Source: Guillardia theta CCMP2712
Lineage: Eukaryota; Protista; Cryptophyta
NCBI RefSeq assembly: GCF_000315625.1
Contig: NW_005434590.1
Location: 275,950-339,949 of the forward strand
Length of the DNA: 64,000 bases
Direction of reading: 5' to 3'
Positions 45,401 through 54,918 of the stretch are shown here, in pieces. Positions within the stretch are counted from its first letter, which is position 1; each line of letters opens with the position of its first letter. Below the pieces are notes generated by a model. The model was given only the letters and a program-made list of their open reading frames with translations. It made no database searches and was not told the origin of the DNA. The position numbers were made by a program, and so were the translations under genes.

Positions 45401-45516
45401 CTAACAACACCCTCCAATGCTTTATGTGCCTCATCTAATTTGATGATAGCTGTTTTAAGAGAACTGATCTGATATTGAACTGTATCAACAGACAAGCCAC
45501 TGATCCAGGTGCTCAT
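42442..45516 (-). CDS. Fibre-like protein (1024 aa) with heptad coiled coil and C-terminal chaperone/autocleavage-like domain
   Basis: ANATSIE 21-nt repeats (~45205-45380), G.L.V.G beta repeats, C-terminal FTGSHRC...GEGAIW...NGDYL.SS...GC.YHC typical of large-DNA-virus fibre proteins. Confidence 0.75.
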   Translation of the reverse strand: MSTWISGLSVDTVQYQISSLKTAIIKLDEAHKALEGVVSTNTDDIQANATSIEANATSIEANATSIEANAANIQANATSIEANTTSIDTLQTSVDANTTSIDTLQSTITDLSSDVENNSNAISTLQSIINLAENANNQTLTALFNNDSDLIQLLYDDQAATYTISLRKQDGSYITVQDIIDSINGLVDSVNSISNPDDEANLGDIVDTANSAFDIFSGLGDFASAGAGFVGGLIASSLNTSKADGLFLLNWINVLRLAIGTVINLLETEIIHRLHQDRAIKIYSRNTTDGSQLNLAAGEAYVYDSTYKIDVEGNPTTELDSRLISFQGEEILTLGNELTQTELDEHVFGFTLQESETSGGIIEMINVLRDYKTIFKGKTLFLDDVVLPNYYTKTEIDTSNENYYTKEYIDGLNIGVGDLYINDTNYLSTVSGQYGSVQINGSGTNNWEGYSIDGRVVFTHDGNNEWGIYDDVNNRWKYKNNIDVALDEANNNTWIESKSLVIQNSLGTPSDERTNRKTNLAFHVHTSSTWASGSATETITKGATYASISILGGDKANPYQGFSATGMSGYGALVKEREVIKIYPHGTNFDFRTITVDVDFAANINCANNLSISGTSTLTGAVSCGNNLSVTGTSSFTGNVTCSGDLTVNGNLVATDYADDLEVTGTLYVSLTSFLIGNVTCSGTLSCGAFSPSSISSTGNIETDGSYHISGTEILQSDSTWTRLYGRSSGCAIYKGISMNDQGYLNLGEWGRITDNYVKCTGISLDRIYIPKGGSGAVDSGEWVIYKLLNSVSFGGTSATNDLMFQYGALDDTGEQWLRHNDNANDDLDFTGSHRCIAVTSNLLDEITSNLDYYQGLLVSTTGFYQDLNRTDYDFSSNIRIDSSLPIIKLTDIQCDKAVYGVISNVEGGDKRIYKTGRWHYSYPKLDNNRVMINAVGEGAIWCCNYGVEAIENGDYLCSSPIKGYSMKQSDDLLHNYTVAKTSCSVDFIDEDSDWYYKNFKHRYETYQGVEYIAVFIGCSYHCS

Positions 45517-45536
45517 TTAATTAGAATGAAGATTAA

Positions 45537-45770
45537 TTAAAAATGGAGATAGACAGTTTCCTTTCTTATGCCAACACGGCACCGTTTTTTCCTATATGTA
45601 TGGGTGAAGCTCGATCGCTCATAATAACTGATCTGTTCCTTAGTCAGAAGCTGGTTTTGAATGAAGAATTGTAAGATATATTGATTTCTAAAGATGACCT
45701 CAATAAGATCCTTGATGAATGTATTGTATTCTTTTTGTTTTATGCGATAGATATGTTGAGCCTCATTCAT
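45537..45770 (-). CDS. PLV small hypothetical protein
   Basis: 77-aa ATG ORF at the head of the structural block. Confidence 0.5.
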   Translation of the reverse strand: MNEAQHIYRIKQKEYNTFIKDLIEVIFRNQYILQFFIQNQLLTKEQISYYERSSFTHTYRKKRCRVGIRKETVYLHF

Positions 45771-45826
45771 TTATACAATATCAATAAAATAATCTGAGTG
45801 GGGGTTCCGCCCCCCAACGGCGGTGG

Positions 45827-46398
45827 GAAGATAGAGAGAATGAATAAATACTCTATTGAATACCTGATGTGATGTAAGAGAGATTTATGAAAAATTATTA
45901 AGGAATCTTTGTGATAGTTGAGAGGATAGGGGTATAGTTGGCGGAGACGCGGAGACGTTACCCCTAAATATTTCATATGGCGAGTAGGGGTTGGATCTAG
46001 GGGTATAGAAAAGTTTGGGCTAACGTCTCCGCGTCTCCGCCAACATCCATGATCATCATCTAGTACATAGAAGACTAGAAGTGGAGAGTGTGGAGGGTTT
46101 GGAGTGTGGAGGGTATGATTTTGTTTACCCCTTTGAAATTATTTTTATTTTGATGAACTCATCATAAACCCTCCACACCCTCCACACCCTCCACAATACA
46201 TATATTTAGACTAGATTATAGATAGAAAGTAAGATGATAATGGTAAGGGAGAGGCTGTGTGGAGGGTTTGTGGAGGGTTTGTGATTGTGTGGAGGGTTGC
46301 TATGTGATGACTGACAAAGGATCCCTTGCTCTGTGTGCTGCGCACACCGCCCAGCTGCGCAGGGCTTACCTCCGACCCTCATGAGAGAGCAAAAAGCC
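45827..46398 (-). repeat. Right long inverted repeat
   Basis: Imperfect reverse complement of 21401-21979. Confidence 0.92.
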
Positions 46399-46400
46399 TT

Positions 46401-47231
46401 ATGAGAATGGTAAGGAGAATGAACAATGTTTTTGATAAGAAAAGAGAACCCAACTAAGTTGGGTGCTGCTGAACAGCCTGTTAGGATGTGCTTGCTTTCA
46501 AAGCAGCGCGGGTCACCATTAACATTTTATGTCTTCTTGTATCTTGATGTCCTAAAAAGTGCCCTCTGCTTATAGACATTCCACATTCGCACGGTATTTT
46601 TTCTTTCATCATATTGGCATAACGGCTGACGCGCTCAGCAATCTTCTCCTTGTTCTCATCTCTATATTGCTTCTCAGTTCTTCCAGCGACAAGCTTATTG
46701 AGATTGCCAATCTCACGGATTAATTCTCCCTCTCTCTTGCGTAATTGTTGAACATTATCACAGGGATGTTCTTCGTAGAGTTCAATGTACCAATCATCCC
46801 AGCTGGTCTCACGGATCCTTTGATAGAGTTTCATATTGTAGCCTTTTTCATTAGGATCGAAGCAGTGCTGTTTATGACCTGCCCATCTCTTGCTAAGTGG
46901 TTGAATAGTAGAACCAACATATATGAGTGATGTATCAGATCGACATCTGATAGTATAGATAACCCCTTTTGAGTAATCAGGCATTCGTTTTTATACTTCC
47001 TGATACGTTTATATCATTTTTTCGACGAGAGGCACTGGTAGCCTCCAACGATGGTCAGTGACGCTCCATCTCCCCCTGAGCAGGATCCCTCTCCATCTCC
47101 CCTAATTGTTCAGATTGGTCACGAAGAAGTACCCTGGGTACTTGGTCAGCATCCCACGTGACCAGTTCTGACATTTTTCCCCTATATTTGGCATAGGTGG
47201 TCATATACGTCATATACACTTTACCGCATGC
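46401..47231 (+). repeat. Right outer direct-repeat segment X' (carries the GIY-YIG gene)
   Basis: Shares start and ~205-bp end with 20825-21400. Confidence 0.88.
46481..46984 (-). CDS. GIY-YIG endonuclease with C-terminal zinc-finger-like motif
   Basis: GVIYTI...IYVGST...KRWAGH...RE...LN; CECG...H....RH. Confidence 0.9.
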   Translation of the reverse strand: MPDYSKGVIYTIRCRSDTSLIYVGSTIQPLSKRWAGHKQHCFDPNEKGYNMKLYQRIRETSWDDWYIELYEEHPCDNVQQLRKREGELIREIGNLNKLVAGRTEKQYRDENKEKIAERVSRYANMMKEKIPCECGMSISRGHFLGHQDTRRHKMLMVTRAALKASTS

Positions 47232-48588
47232 GGCGGCTGGTCGTCAAGGGGCTGGGAAGATAATCAGGCTGATATCTGCAGGATGAGATCGACATGCTGT
47301 GGAACAGACTTGCAGGGGTAGTGTGTAGAGGTTGAAAGGCAACCTAGTTGATCACTTTCATGTTGTACTTGATCAACCGTGTCATGATGGGAGGTGGTGC
47401 AACGTGTAATACGCTCATACAACTACTTGCGCTTACTTGATTTCCAAGTGTTTCCATCGCCATGTGCAACTTTCAAAAGCCATCACGATGCGATTTCCTC
47501 TGATCTCCTTGTTGAAGCAAGGTGAAGTAATGAAGAAAACAGTTCTTGAAGCTTTCTGCAGTGTCCAAAAAGGTTGCCTTGACCTATTTACCTGTCTCAC
47601 TCTTCAAAACAAGGTGATTTTGTGTGTGTGAGGGCTCAGTCTCAAATGCTTGGCAGCAGCCTGAAGCAGCATTTTACTCGCTTCCTTGCCCATAATGTTG
47701 AAGCAGATGTAGCAACTTCAAAACCGGTCCATCATCTTCACAACCAGTCCATCACATTTGCATCCTCATGGTGTCTGGTGCCTCCTGGCACACAGTTCCT
47801 TCAGAGGGCGTGAGCAACTATAGGAGGGGACCATCGACGACTACAACGTTGCATGTCATCATCCAACACTGCAACCATCTGTCTTCAACTGCCCCTCAAC
47901 ATCAGATGCGGGACTAAAGAGTGCAGAGTGCAACCATGCAGCTTACAGGTTACATGGGTCTCCTCGTTGCATCATTCGATAACTAAGAGCGACTCATGAC
48001 TCTCTGCTGCATCCCGTCGCCATCTCACTCCGCCATGGCTGAGGTCTAGCAACAAGCAGCTCTTGCCCATGCCATGATCTTGTCAGCGATGAAAGCCATC
48101 AACGATGACGCATGAGGGACCTGAAGAGTAAAAGTATCACGCTCATCAGCTACACGTTCTGATCATACGAGCATTCGTCTCTCCTCTACTTGTAACATAC
48201 ATGTTGCTACCCAGCTTCAAGTCCACAACCTCCGTCGACCCTCGCGGCGCGCCATTCGGAGATGGCTCAAGTACCCTACCCCCTCTGACGACCCCTAGCG
48301 AGTACCGAATACCCCCTCGTGGGTGCGCTGGATGGCAGAGCAGGTCGGCAAGGCTGACAAGGAGCCGCTTGCTGAGGTCAAGATGCGCAGCCCGCAGAGA
48401 GAAGCAAGAGGGAGAGGAGCGAGGGCTATGGGCAGGGCTGTAGGCTTGATAGGCTTGAGCTCCATCATCATCTCGAGCGCGGTGGTGAGGAGCGACCTGA
48501 GGGTTGGAGGGAAGGTTTTTCTGAGCTGTGCTTGTAACAGGGAGCGTCATTTCCATGTCCTGGGCGATGTGCTGACTACAATCTGAGG

Positions 48589-50481
48589 ATGGCTTTGGGG
48601 GGAAGCTGCTTGCGCATACGAGGAGGGGATGCTAGGGAGGGAGGACGAGGTAATATCTCGAGTGGAGTCAAGGAAAGAAACAAAGGGGCGGGCAAGAGGC
48701 GGCGGGTGTGCTACTCTGGAATGAATGTGAGTAGGCAGTCTGCCGAGACTGAGGTAGAAGGAGAGGTCAAGCCTGTAGGAACAGGTATCAAGGGGGTAGA
48801 AGCAAAGATGGACCTTGTGGAAAAAAACATCCAGGATGTACTGCATGAGATCAGATATGAACAGGATCCCACGATGAAGACCGCCCTTGTCAGGAGACTC
48901 GAGCAACTTGGAGAAAAAGAACTTATCCTTTTGAGACAGAGCACCGGACCCCATGTGCCACCGATTGCTTGGAACGAGTCAGATGCAAGACTGGATCGGA
49001 TGGGCTTTTGCAACGACGACAAGTACTTTCGTCTCGATGCATCCTACCTACAAAGAGACGGAGAGCTCCTTCTCTACTGCCGGGAAGCTTTCAAGAGTCA
49101 GCTCTGCTTCTTGAGGGAGAAGGTGGTGGAGCAGCGAGCTTTTGGCTGGATCAAAGGCCCGCCGGGAACGGGGAAGACGACGACGACGCTAGCCTTCTGC
49201 TTGTCTCTTGACATGAGGGAATGGAGCGTAACGCTCATCAGGCTGCATATATCCGACGACGTTGATTGCATCCGAATCGTCGGTGGTAGGAGGAGATGGT
49301 GCAGGATTCCCAAGCGCTCCTCATGGGAAGGGATCAACAGAATGCTGGAAGAATGGCAGGACTACAAGAAGGGTTTGGTGGTCCTGGACGGGTTCTTGAG
49401 GCATGAGTCACACCACGTAGACTTTTTGGACGCATGTAGGAAATGGCTGCTAGCTGATCGAGAGAATCGACGGGTTGTAGTAGCGACATCGATGTCTTCT
49501 CGAGGAAAGTCACGACTAGAAGATGACAATCGGGTGAATCTCCAACAACACACCGTTGTATCTTGGACGGAGAGAGAGTACCTGAAAGCAGTGGAGTGGG
49601 ACGTTTTCTATCAGCGTGTAGCATGCATGCTGGAGGAGGATGAAAGTGCGGCGAGCATGGGCTTGAAGACATGGAAGAAGAACAGGTCTAGACGAGAGAA
49701 GATCAAGCTGAAATACTACCTGGCTGGCGGCTCATGTCGGTTCATGTTCGAGACGCCCGCATCATTGGTGAAAGAGAGGCTGGATGAAGCTTTGAGTTTC
49801 TGTTCAAACCTAGAAGTCGTCTTCAGTGGCATCGTGGGCGACTCATCACCGCAGGCGGTAAACCACTTGATTGCGTGCTTCAAGTACAACGGGGAATCGA
49901 ACTGGATGCCTGTGAGCAAGTATGTCGCGACGAAGCTTGCAGAAGCGGCAGAACTAGACACGCTGAAGAGGCTGTTCTCAAGGTACGGGGCAAGCAATCC
50001 GACTACAAGGGGCTTGCTTTTCGAGCTTTTCTTTTTCAAGAAGATCAAGCTCGGGCTGAGCCTGAGGTATCGGGGATCTCAAGAGGTCAGGCAATGGGAG
50101 GGATGTCCAGTCATCACCTTTGATGCAAAGGGAGGCATGCAAACGCTTCCTGCAGAGAGAACTTGCTTGAAGCCCGTCAACCCCCTTCAAGGAGGCTACG
50201 ACGCTATCATAGTAGAGCCTCGCGGGAAGTTAGTAGAGTTTGTGCAGGTGACAGAGGCAGACGTCCACTCTTTCAAGCTGGCTTTCTTCGCAGAGGCTCT
50301 CACGGGGCTAGGCATCCCAGCAGCTGGATGGAAGGTGAGGGTGGTGTTCATGGTGCCGCAAGACAGGCTCGAGAGCTTTCGGATAGGCAAAATCAAGGGC
50401 TGCGGTGCGCTGGAGGAGTACGGATGGAAGGGAGGGCAGGAAGAAAGGCAGGCAGAGGTAGCGGGTATGGATATCGCGTGA
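48589..50481 (+). CDS. Crinkler/RHS-type P-loop NTPase + PD-(D/E)xK nuclease-like protein, copy 1 (630 aa)
   Basis: GPPGTGKTT, LVVLDG, VVVATS, AGGSCRFMF; C-terminal G.LFE...P.NP.QGGYDAI...FVQVT...H. True start may be the downstream Met (MNVSRQ). Confidence 0.8.
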   Translation: MALGGSCLRIRGGDAREGGRGNISSGVKERNKGAGKRRRVCYSGMNVSRQSAETEVEGEVKPVGTGIKGVEAKMDLVEKNIQDVLHEIRYEQDPTMKTALVRRLEQLGEKELILLRQSTGPHVPPIAWNESDARLDRMGFCNDDKYFRLDASYLQRDGELLLYCREAFKSQLCFLREKVVEQRAFGWIKGPPGTGKTTTTLAFCLSLDMREWSVTLIRLHISDDVDCIRIVGGRRRWCRIPKRSSWEGINRMLEEWQDYKKGLVVLDGFLRHESHHVDFLDACRKWLLADRENRRVVVATSMSSRGKSRLEDDNRVNLQQHTVVSWTEREYLKAVEWDVFYQRVACMLEEDESAASMGLKTWKKNRSRREKIKLKYYLAGGSCRFMFETPASLVKERLDEALSFCSNLEVVFSGIVGDSSPQAVNHLIACFKYNGESNWMPVSKYVATKLAEAAELDTLKRLFSRYGASNPTTRGLLFELFFFKKIKLGLSLRYRGSQEVRQWEGCPVITFDAKGGMQTLPAERTCLKPVNPLQGGYDAIIVEPRGKLVEFVQVTEADVHSFKLAFFAEALTGLGIPAAGWKVRVVFMVPQDRLESFRIGKIKGCGALEEYGWKGGQEERQAEVAGMDIA

Positions 50482-51862
50482 GCTCAAACCGGCGTTAGCA
50501 AGGATGAGCCGGGGAGGCGTGTGGTAGGCGAGGCAAAGATCCGACAAGAAGCGGCGGCTGGTCGTCAAGGGGCTGGGAAGACGATCAGGCTGATATCTGC
50601 AGGATGAGATCGACATGCTGTGGAACAGACTTGCAGGGGTAGTGTGTAGAGGTTGAAAGGCAACCTAGTTGATCACTTTCATGTTGTACTTGATCAACCG
50701 TGTCATGATGGGAGGTAGTGCAACGTGTAATACGCTCATACAACTACTTGCGCTTACTTGATTTCCAAGTGTTTCCATCGCCATGTGCAACTTTCAAAAG
50801 CCATCACGATGCGATTTCCTCTGATCTCCTTGTTGAAGCAAGGTGAAGTAATGAAGAAAGAAGCTTTCTGCAGTGTCCAAAAAGGTTGCCTTGACCTATT
50901 TACCTGTCTCACTCTTCTTCAAAACAAGGTGATTGTGTGTGTGAGGGCTCAGTCTCAAATGCTTGGCAGCAGCCTGAAGCAGCATTTTACTCGCTTCCTT
51001 GCCCATAATGTTGAAGCAGATGTAGCAACTTCAAAACCAGTCCATCATCTTCAATACCGGTCCATCATCTTCAAAACCAGTCCATCACATTTGCATCCTC
51101 ATGGTGTCTGGTGCCTCCTGGCACACAGTTCCTTAAGAGGGCGTGAGCAACTATAGGAGGGGACCATCGACGACCACAACGTTGCATGTCATCATCCAAC
51201 ACTGCAACCATCTGTCTTCATCTGCCCCTCAACATCAGATGCGGGACTAAAGAGTGCAGAGTCCAACCATGCAGCTTACAGGTTACATGGGTCTCCTCGT
51301 TGCATCATTTGATAACTAAGAGCGACTCATGACTCTCTGCTGCATCCCGTCGCCATCTCACTCCGCCATGGCTGAGGTCTAGCAACAAGCAGCTCTTGCC
51401 CATGCCATGATCTTGTCAGCGATGAAAGCCATCAACGATGACGCATGAGGGACCTGAAGAGTAAAAGTATCACGCTCATCAGCTACACGTTCTGATCATA
51501 CGAGCATTCGTCTCTCCTTTGCTTGTAACATACATGGCTCAAGTACCCTACCCCCTCTGACGACCCCTAGCGAGTACCGAATACCCCCTCGCGGGTGTGC
51601 TGGATGGCAGAGCAGGAGTCGGCAAGGCTGACAAGGAGCCGCTTGCTGAGGTCAAGATGCGCAGCCCGCAGAGAGAAGCAAGAGGGAGAGGAGCGAGGGC
51701 TATGGGCAGGGCTGTAGGCTTGATAGGCTTGAGCTCCATCATCATCTCGAGCGCGGTGGTGAGGAGCGACCTGAGGGTTGGAGGGAAGGTTTTTCTGAGC
51801 TGTGCTTGTAACAGGGAGCGTCATTTCCATGTCCTGGGCGATGTGCTGACTACAATCTGAGG

Positions 51863-53797
51863 ATGGCTTTGGGGGGAAGCTGCTTGCGCATACGAGGAGG
51901 GGATGCTAGGGAGGGAGGACGAGGTAATATCTCGAGTGGAGTCAAGGAAAGAAACAAAGGGGCGAGCAAGAGGCGGCGGGTGTGCTACTCTGGAATGAAT
52001 GTGAGTAGGCAGTCTGCCGAGACTGAGGTAGAAGGAGAGATCGAGCTTGTGGAAGCAGATATCAAGGGGGTAGAAGCGAAGATGAAGCTTGTGGAAAAAA
52101 ACATCCAGGATGTACTGCATGAGATCAGATATGAACAGGATCCCACGATGAAAACCGCCCTTGTCAGGAGACTCGAGCAACTTGGAGAAGACAAGAAGCA
52201 GCTTGGAGAAGAAAAGAAGCAGCTTGGAGAAAAAGAACTTATCCTTTTGAGACAGAGCACCGGACCCCATGTGCCACCGATTGCTTGGAACGAGTCAGAT
52301 GCAAGACTGGATCGGATGGGCTTTTGCAACGACGACAAGTACTTTCGTCTCGATGCATCCTACCTACAAAGAGACGGAGAGCTCCTTCTCTACTGCCGGG
52401 AAGCTTTCAAGAGTCAGCTCTGCTTCTTGAGGGAGAAGGTGGTGGAGCAGCGAGCTTTTGGCTGGATCAAAGGCCCGCCGGGAACGGGGAAGACGACGAC
52501 GACGCTAGCCTTCTGCTTGTCTCTTGACATGAGGGAATGGAGCGTAACGCTCATCAGGCTGCATATATCCGACGACGTTGATTGCATCCGAATCGTCGGT
52601 GGTAAGAGGAGATGGTGCAGGATTCCCAAGCGCTCCTCATGGGAAGGGATCAACAGAATGCTGGAAGAATGGCAGGACTACAAGAAGGGTTTGGTGGTCC
52701 TGGACGGGTTCTTGAGGCATGAGTCACACCACGTAGACTTTTTGGACGCATGTAGGAAATGGCTGCTAGCTGATCGAGAGAATCGACGGGTTGTAGTAGC
52801 GACATCGATGTCTTCTCGAGGAAAGAAGAATGACCCTGAAGACGATGAAGTGAATCTCCAACAACACACCGTTGTATCTTGGACGGAGAGAGAGTACCTG
52901 AAAGCAGTGGAGTGGGACGTTTTCTATCAGCGTGTAGCATGCATGCTGGAGGAGGATGAAAGTGCGGCGAGCATGGGCTTGAAGACATGGAAGAGGAACA
53001 GGTCTAGACGAGAGAAGATCAAGCTGAAATACTACCTGGCAGGCGGCTCATGTCGGTACATGTTCGAGACGCCCGCATCATTGGTGAAAGAGAGGCTGGA
53101 TGAAGCTTTGAGTTTCTGTTCAAACCTAGAAGTCGTCTTCAGTGGCATCGTGGGCGACTCATCACCGCAGGCGGTAAACCACTTGATTGCGTGCTTCAAG
53201 TACAACGGGGAATCGAACTGGATGCCTGTGAGCAAGTATGTCGCGACGAAGCTTGCAGAAGCGGCAGAACTAGACACGCTGAAGAGGCTGTTCTCAAGGT
53301 ACGGGGCAAGCAATCCGACTACAAGGGGCCATCTTTTCGAGCTTTTCTTTTTCAAGAAGATCAAGTGCGGGCTGAGCCTGAGGTATCGGGGATCTCAAGA
53401 GCTCACGCAATGGGAGGGATGTCCAGTCATCACCTTTGATGCAAAGGGAGGCATGCAAACGCTTCCTGCAGAGAGAACTTGCTTGAAGCCCGTCAACCCC
53501 CTTCAAGGAGGCTACGACGCTATCATAGTAGAGCCTCGCGGGAAGTTAGTAGAGTTTGTGCAGGTGACAGAGGCAGACGTCCACTCTTTCAAGCTGGCTT
53601 TCTTCGCAGAGGCTCTCATGGGGCTAGGCATCCCAGCAGCTGGATGGAAGGTGAGGGTGGTGTTCATAGTGCCGCGAGACAGGCTCGAGAGCTTTCGGAT
53701 AGGCAAAATCAAGGGCTGCGGTGCGCTGGAGGAGTACGGATGGAAGCGAGGGCAGGAAGAAAGGCAGGCAGAGGTAGCGGGTATGAATATCGCGTGA
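51863..53797 (+). CDS. Crinkler/RHS-type NTPase-nuclease, copy 2 (644 aa)
   Basis: Same motifs as copy 1. Confidence 0.8.
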   Translation: MALGGSCLRIRGGDAREGGRGNISSGVKERNKGASKRRRVCYSGMNVSRQSAETEVEGEIELVEADIKGVEAKMKLVEKNIQDVLHEIRYEQDPTMKTALVRRLEQLGEDKKQLGEEKKQLGEKELILLRQSTGPHVPPIAWNESDARLDRMGFCNDDKYFRLDASYLQRDGELLLYCREAFKSQLCFLREKVVEQRAFGWIKGPPGTGKTTTTLAFCLSLDMREWSVTLIRLHISDDVDCIRIVGGKRRWCRIPKRSSWEGINRMLEEWQDYKKGLVVLDGFLRHESHHVDFLDACRKWLLADRENRRVVVATSMSSRGKKNDPEDDEVNLQQHTVVSWTEREYLKAVEWDVFYQRVACMLEEDESAASMGLKTWKRNRSRREKIKLKYYLAGGSCRYMFETPASLVKERLDEALSFCSNLEVVFSGIVGDSSPQAVNHLIACFKYNGESNWMPVSKYVATKLAEAAELDTLKRLFSRYGASNPTTRGHLFELFFFKKIKCGLSLRYRGSQELTQWEGCPVITFDAKGGMQTLPAERTCLKPVNPLQGGYDAIIVEPRGKLVEFVQVTEADVHSFKLAFFAEALMGLGIPAAGWKVRVVFIVPRDRLESFRIGKIKGCGALEEYGWKRGQEERQAEVAGMNIA

Positions 53798-54918
53798 GCT
53801 CAAACCGGCGTTAGCAAGGATGAGCCGGGGAGGCGTGTGGTAGGCGAGGCAAAGATCCGACAAGAAGCGGCGGCTGGTCGTCAAGGGGCTGGGAAGACGA
53901 TCAGGCTGATATCTGCAGGATGAGATCGACATGCTGTGGAACAGACTTGCAGGGGTAGTGTGTAGAGGTTGAAAGGCAACCTAGTTGATCACTTTCATGT
54001 TGTACTTGATCAACCGTGTCATGATGGGAGGTGGTGCAACGTGTAATACGCTCATACAACTACTTGCGCTTACTTGATTTCCAAGTGTTTCCATCGCCAT
54101 GTGCAACTTTCAAAAGCCATCACGATGCGATTTCCTCTGATCTCCTTGTTGAAGCAAGGTGAAGTAATGAAGAAAGAAGCTTTCTGCAGTGTCCAAAAAG
54201 GTTGCCTTGACCTATTTACCTGTCTCACTCTTCAAAACAAGGTGATTGTGTGTGTGAGTGGGCTCAGTCTCAAATGCTTGGCAGCAGCCTGAAGCAGCAT
54301 TTTACTCGCTTCCTTGCCCATAATGTTGAAGCAGATGTAAAAACTTCAAAACCAGTCCATCATCTTCAAAACCAGTTCATCACATTTGCATCCTCATGGT
54401 GTCTGGTGCCTCCTGGCACACAGTTCCTTCAGAGGGCGTGAGCAACTATAGGAGGGGACCATCGACGACTACAACGTTGCATGTCATCTCTCAATCCGAT
54501 CCGAACCTCCCCGCTTTCCTCTCATTGCAATTCATTGCCGACTGCAGAAGAGCTTTCAGGAGCAGCTGCATCTCCAAATAAACACATGTCTTGCCTTGCC
54601 TCTTTCATTTCTTTCATCACACTTGTATCATCACAACATAGTCTTGTTGTATGATTTGCTCTGACTCTTGTGTGTTGGGAACACGGTCCTCGACTTCTAC
54701 GCTGGGAGCGCCGTTCTGGTACCGCGATCGTGTTCAAGTGTCCTGGTTCTCGCCGTGCGCTTCATCCACGAGTCATTGTATCAGTTGTGATCAGAAGCGT
54801 ACAGTGTGGGTAGAGGAGAGGAGGTAGAGGAGAGGATGTGTGTGTGGAAGCAAGTAGAGGAGAGTAGGAGGTAGAGGAGATAATGTAGGTGAAACATATG
54901 TTTCCTTGATCAACATTC

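Larger units (their letters stand above)
20825..47231. mobile_element. Endogenous Polinton-like virus (tyrosine-recombinase type, no pPolB seen)
   Basis: AT-rich, intronless, gene-dense block with major capsid, minor capsid, A32-like ATPase, primase-helicase, YR and Tlr6F-like genes. It interrupts the array sequence gacaagaaGCggcggctgg, with GC present at both junctions. Confidence 0.93.
47232..54488 (+). repeat. Left arm of the ~3.3-kb-unit tandem array (continues from 19788-20824 across the PLV)
   Basis: Stop-to-stop period 3316 bp (50481 to 53797). Confidence 0.95.

Noticed and set aside
21401-46398. Classical Maverick/Polinton bounded by TIRs
   Set aside because: No pPolB, retroviral-type integrase, protease or 6-bp TSD was seen, and the host junctions lie outside the IRs.
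20825-47231. DIRS/Ngaro retrotransposon, suggested by YR plus mixed direct and inverted repeats
   Set aside because: No reverse transcriptase in the element, and capsid and packaging genes are present.
47437-47813. Second gene in each array unit (MISKCFHRH...)
   Set aside because: Non-ATG start, frame-breaking indels that differ between copies, and no recognisable domain.
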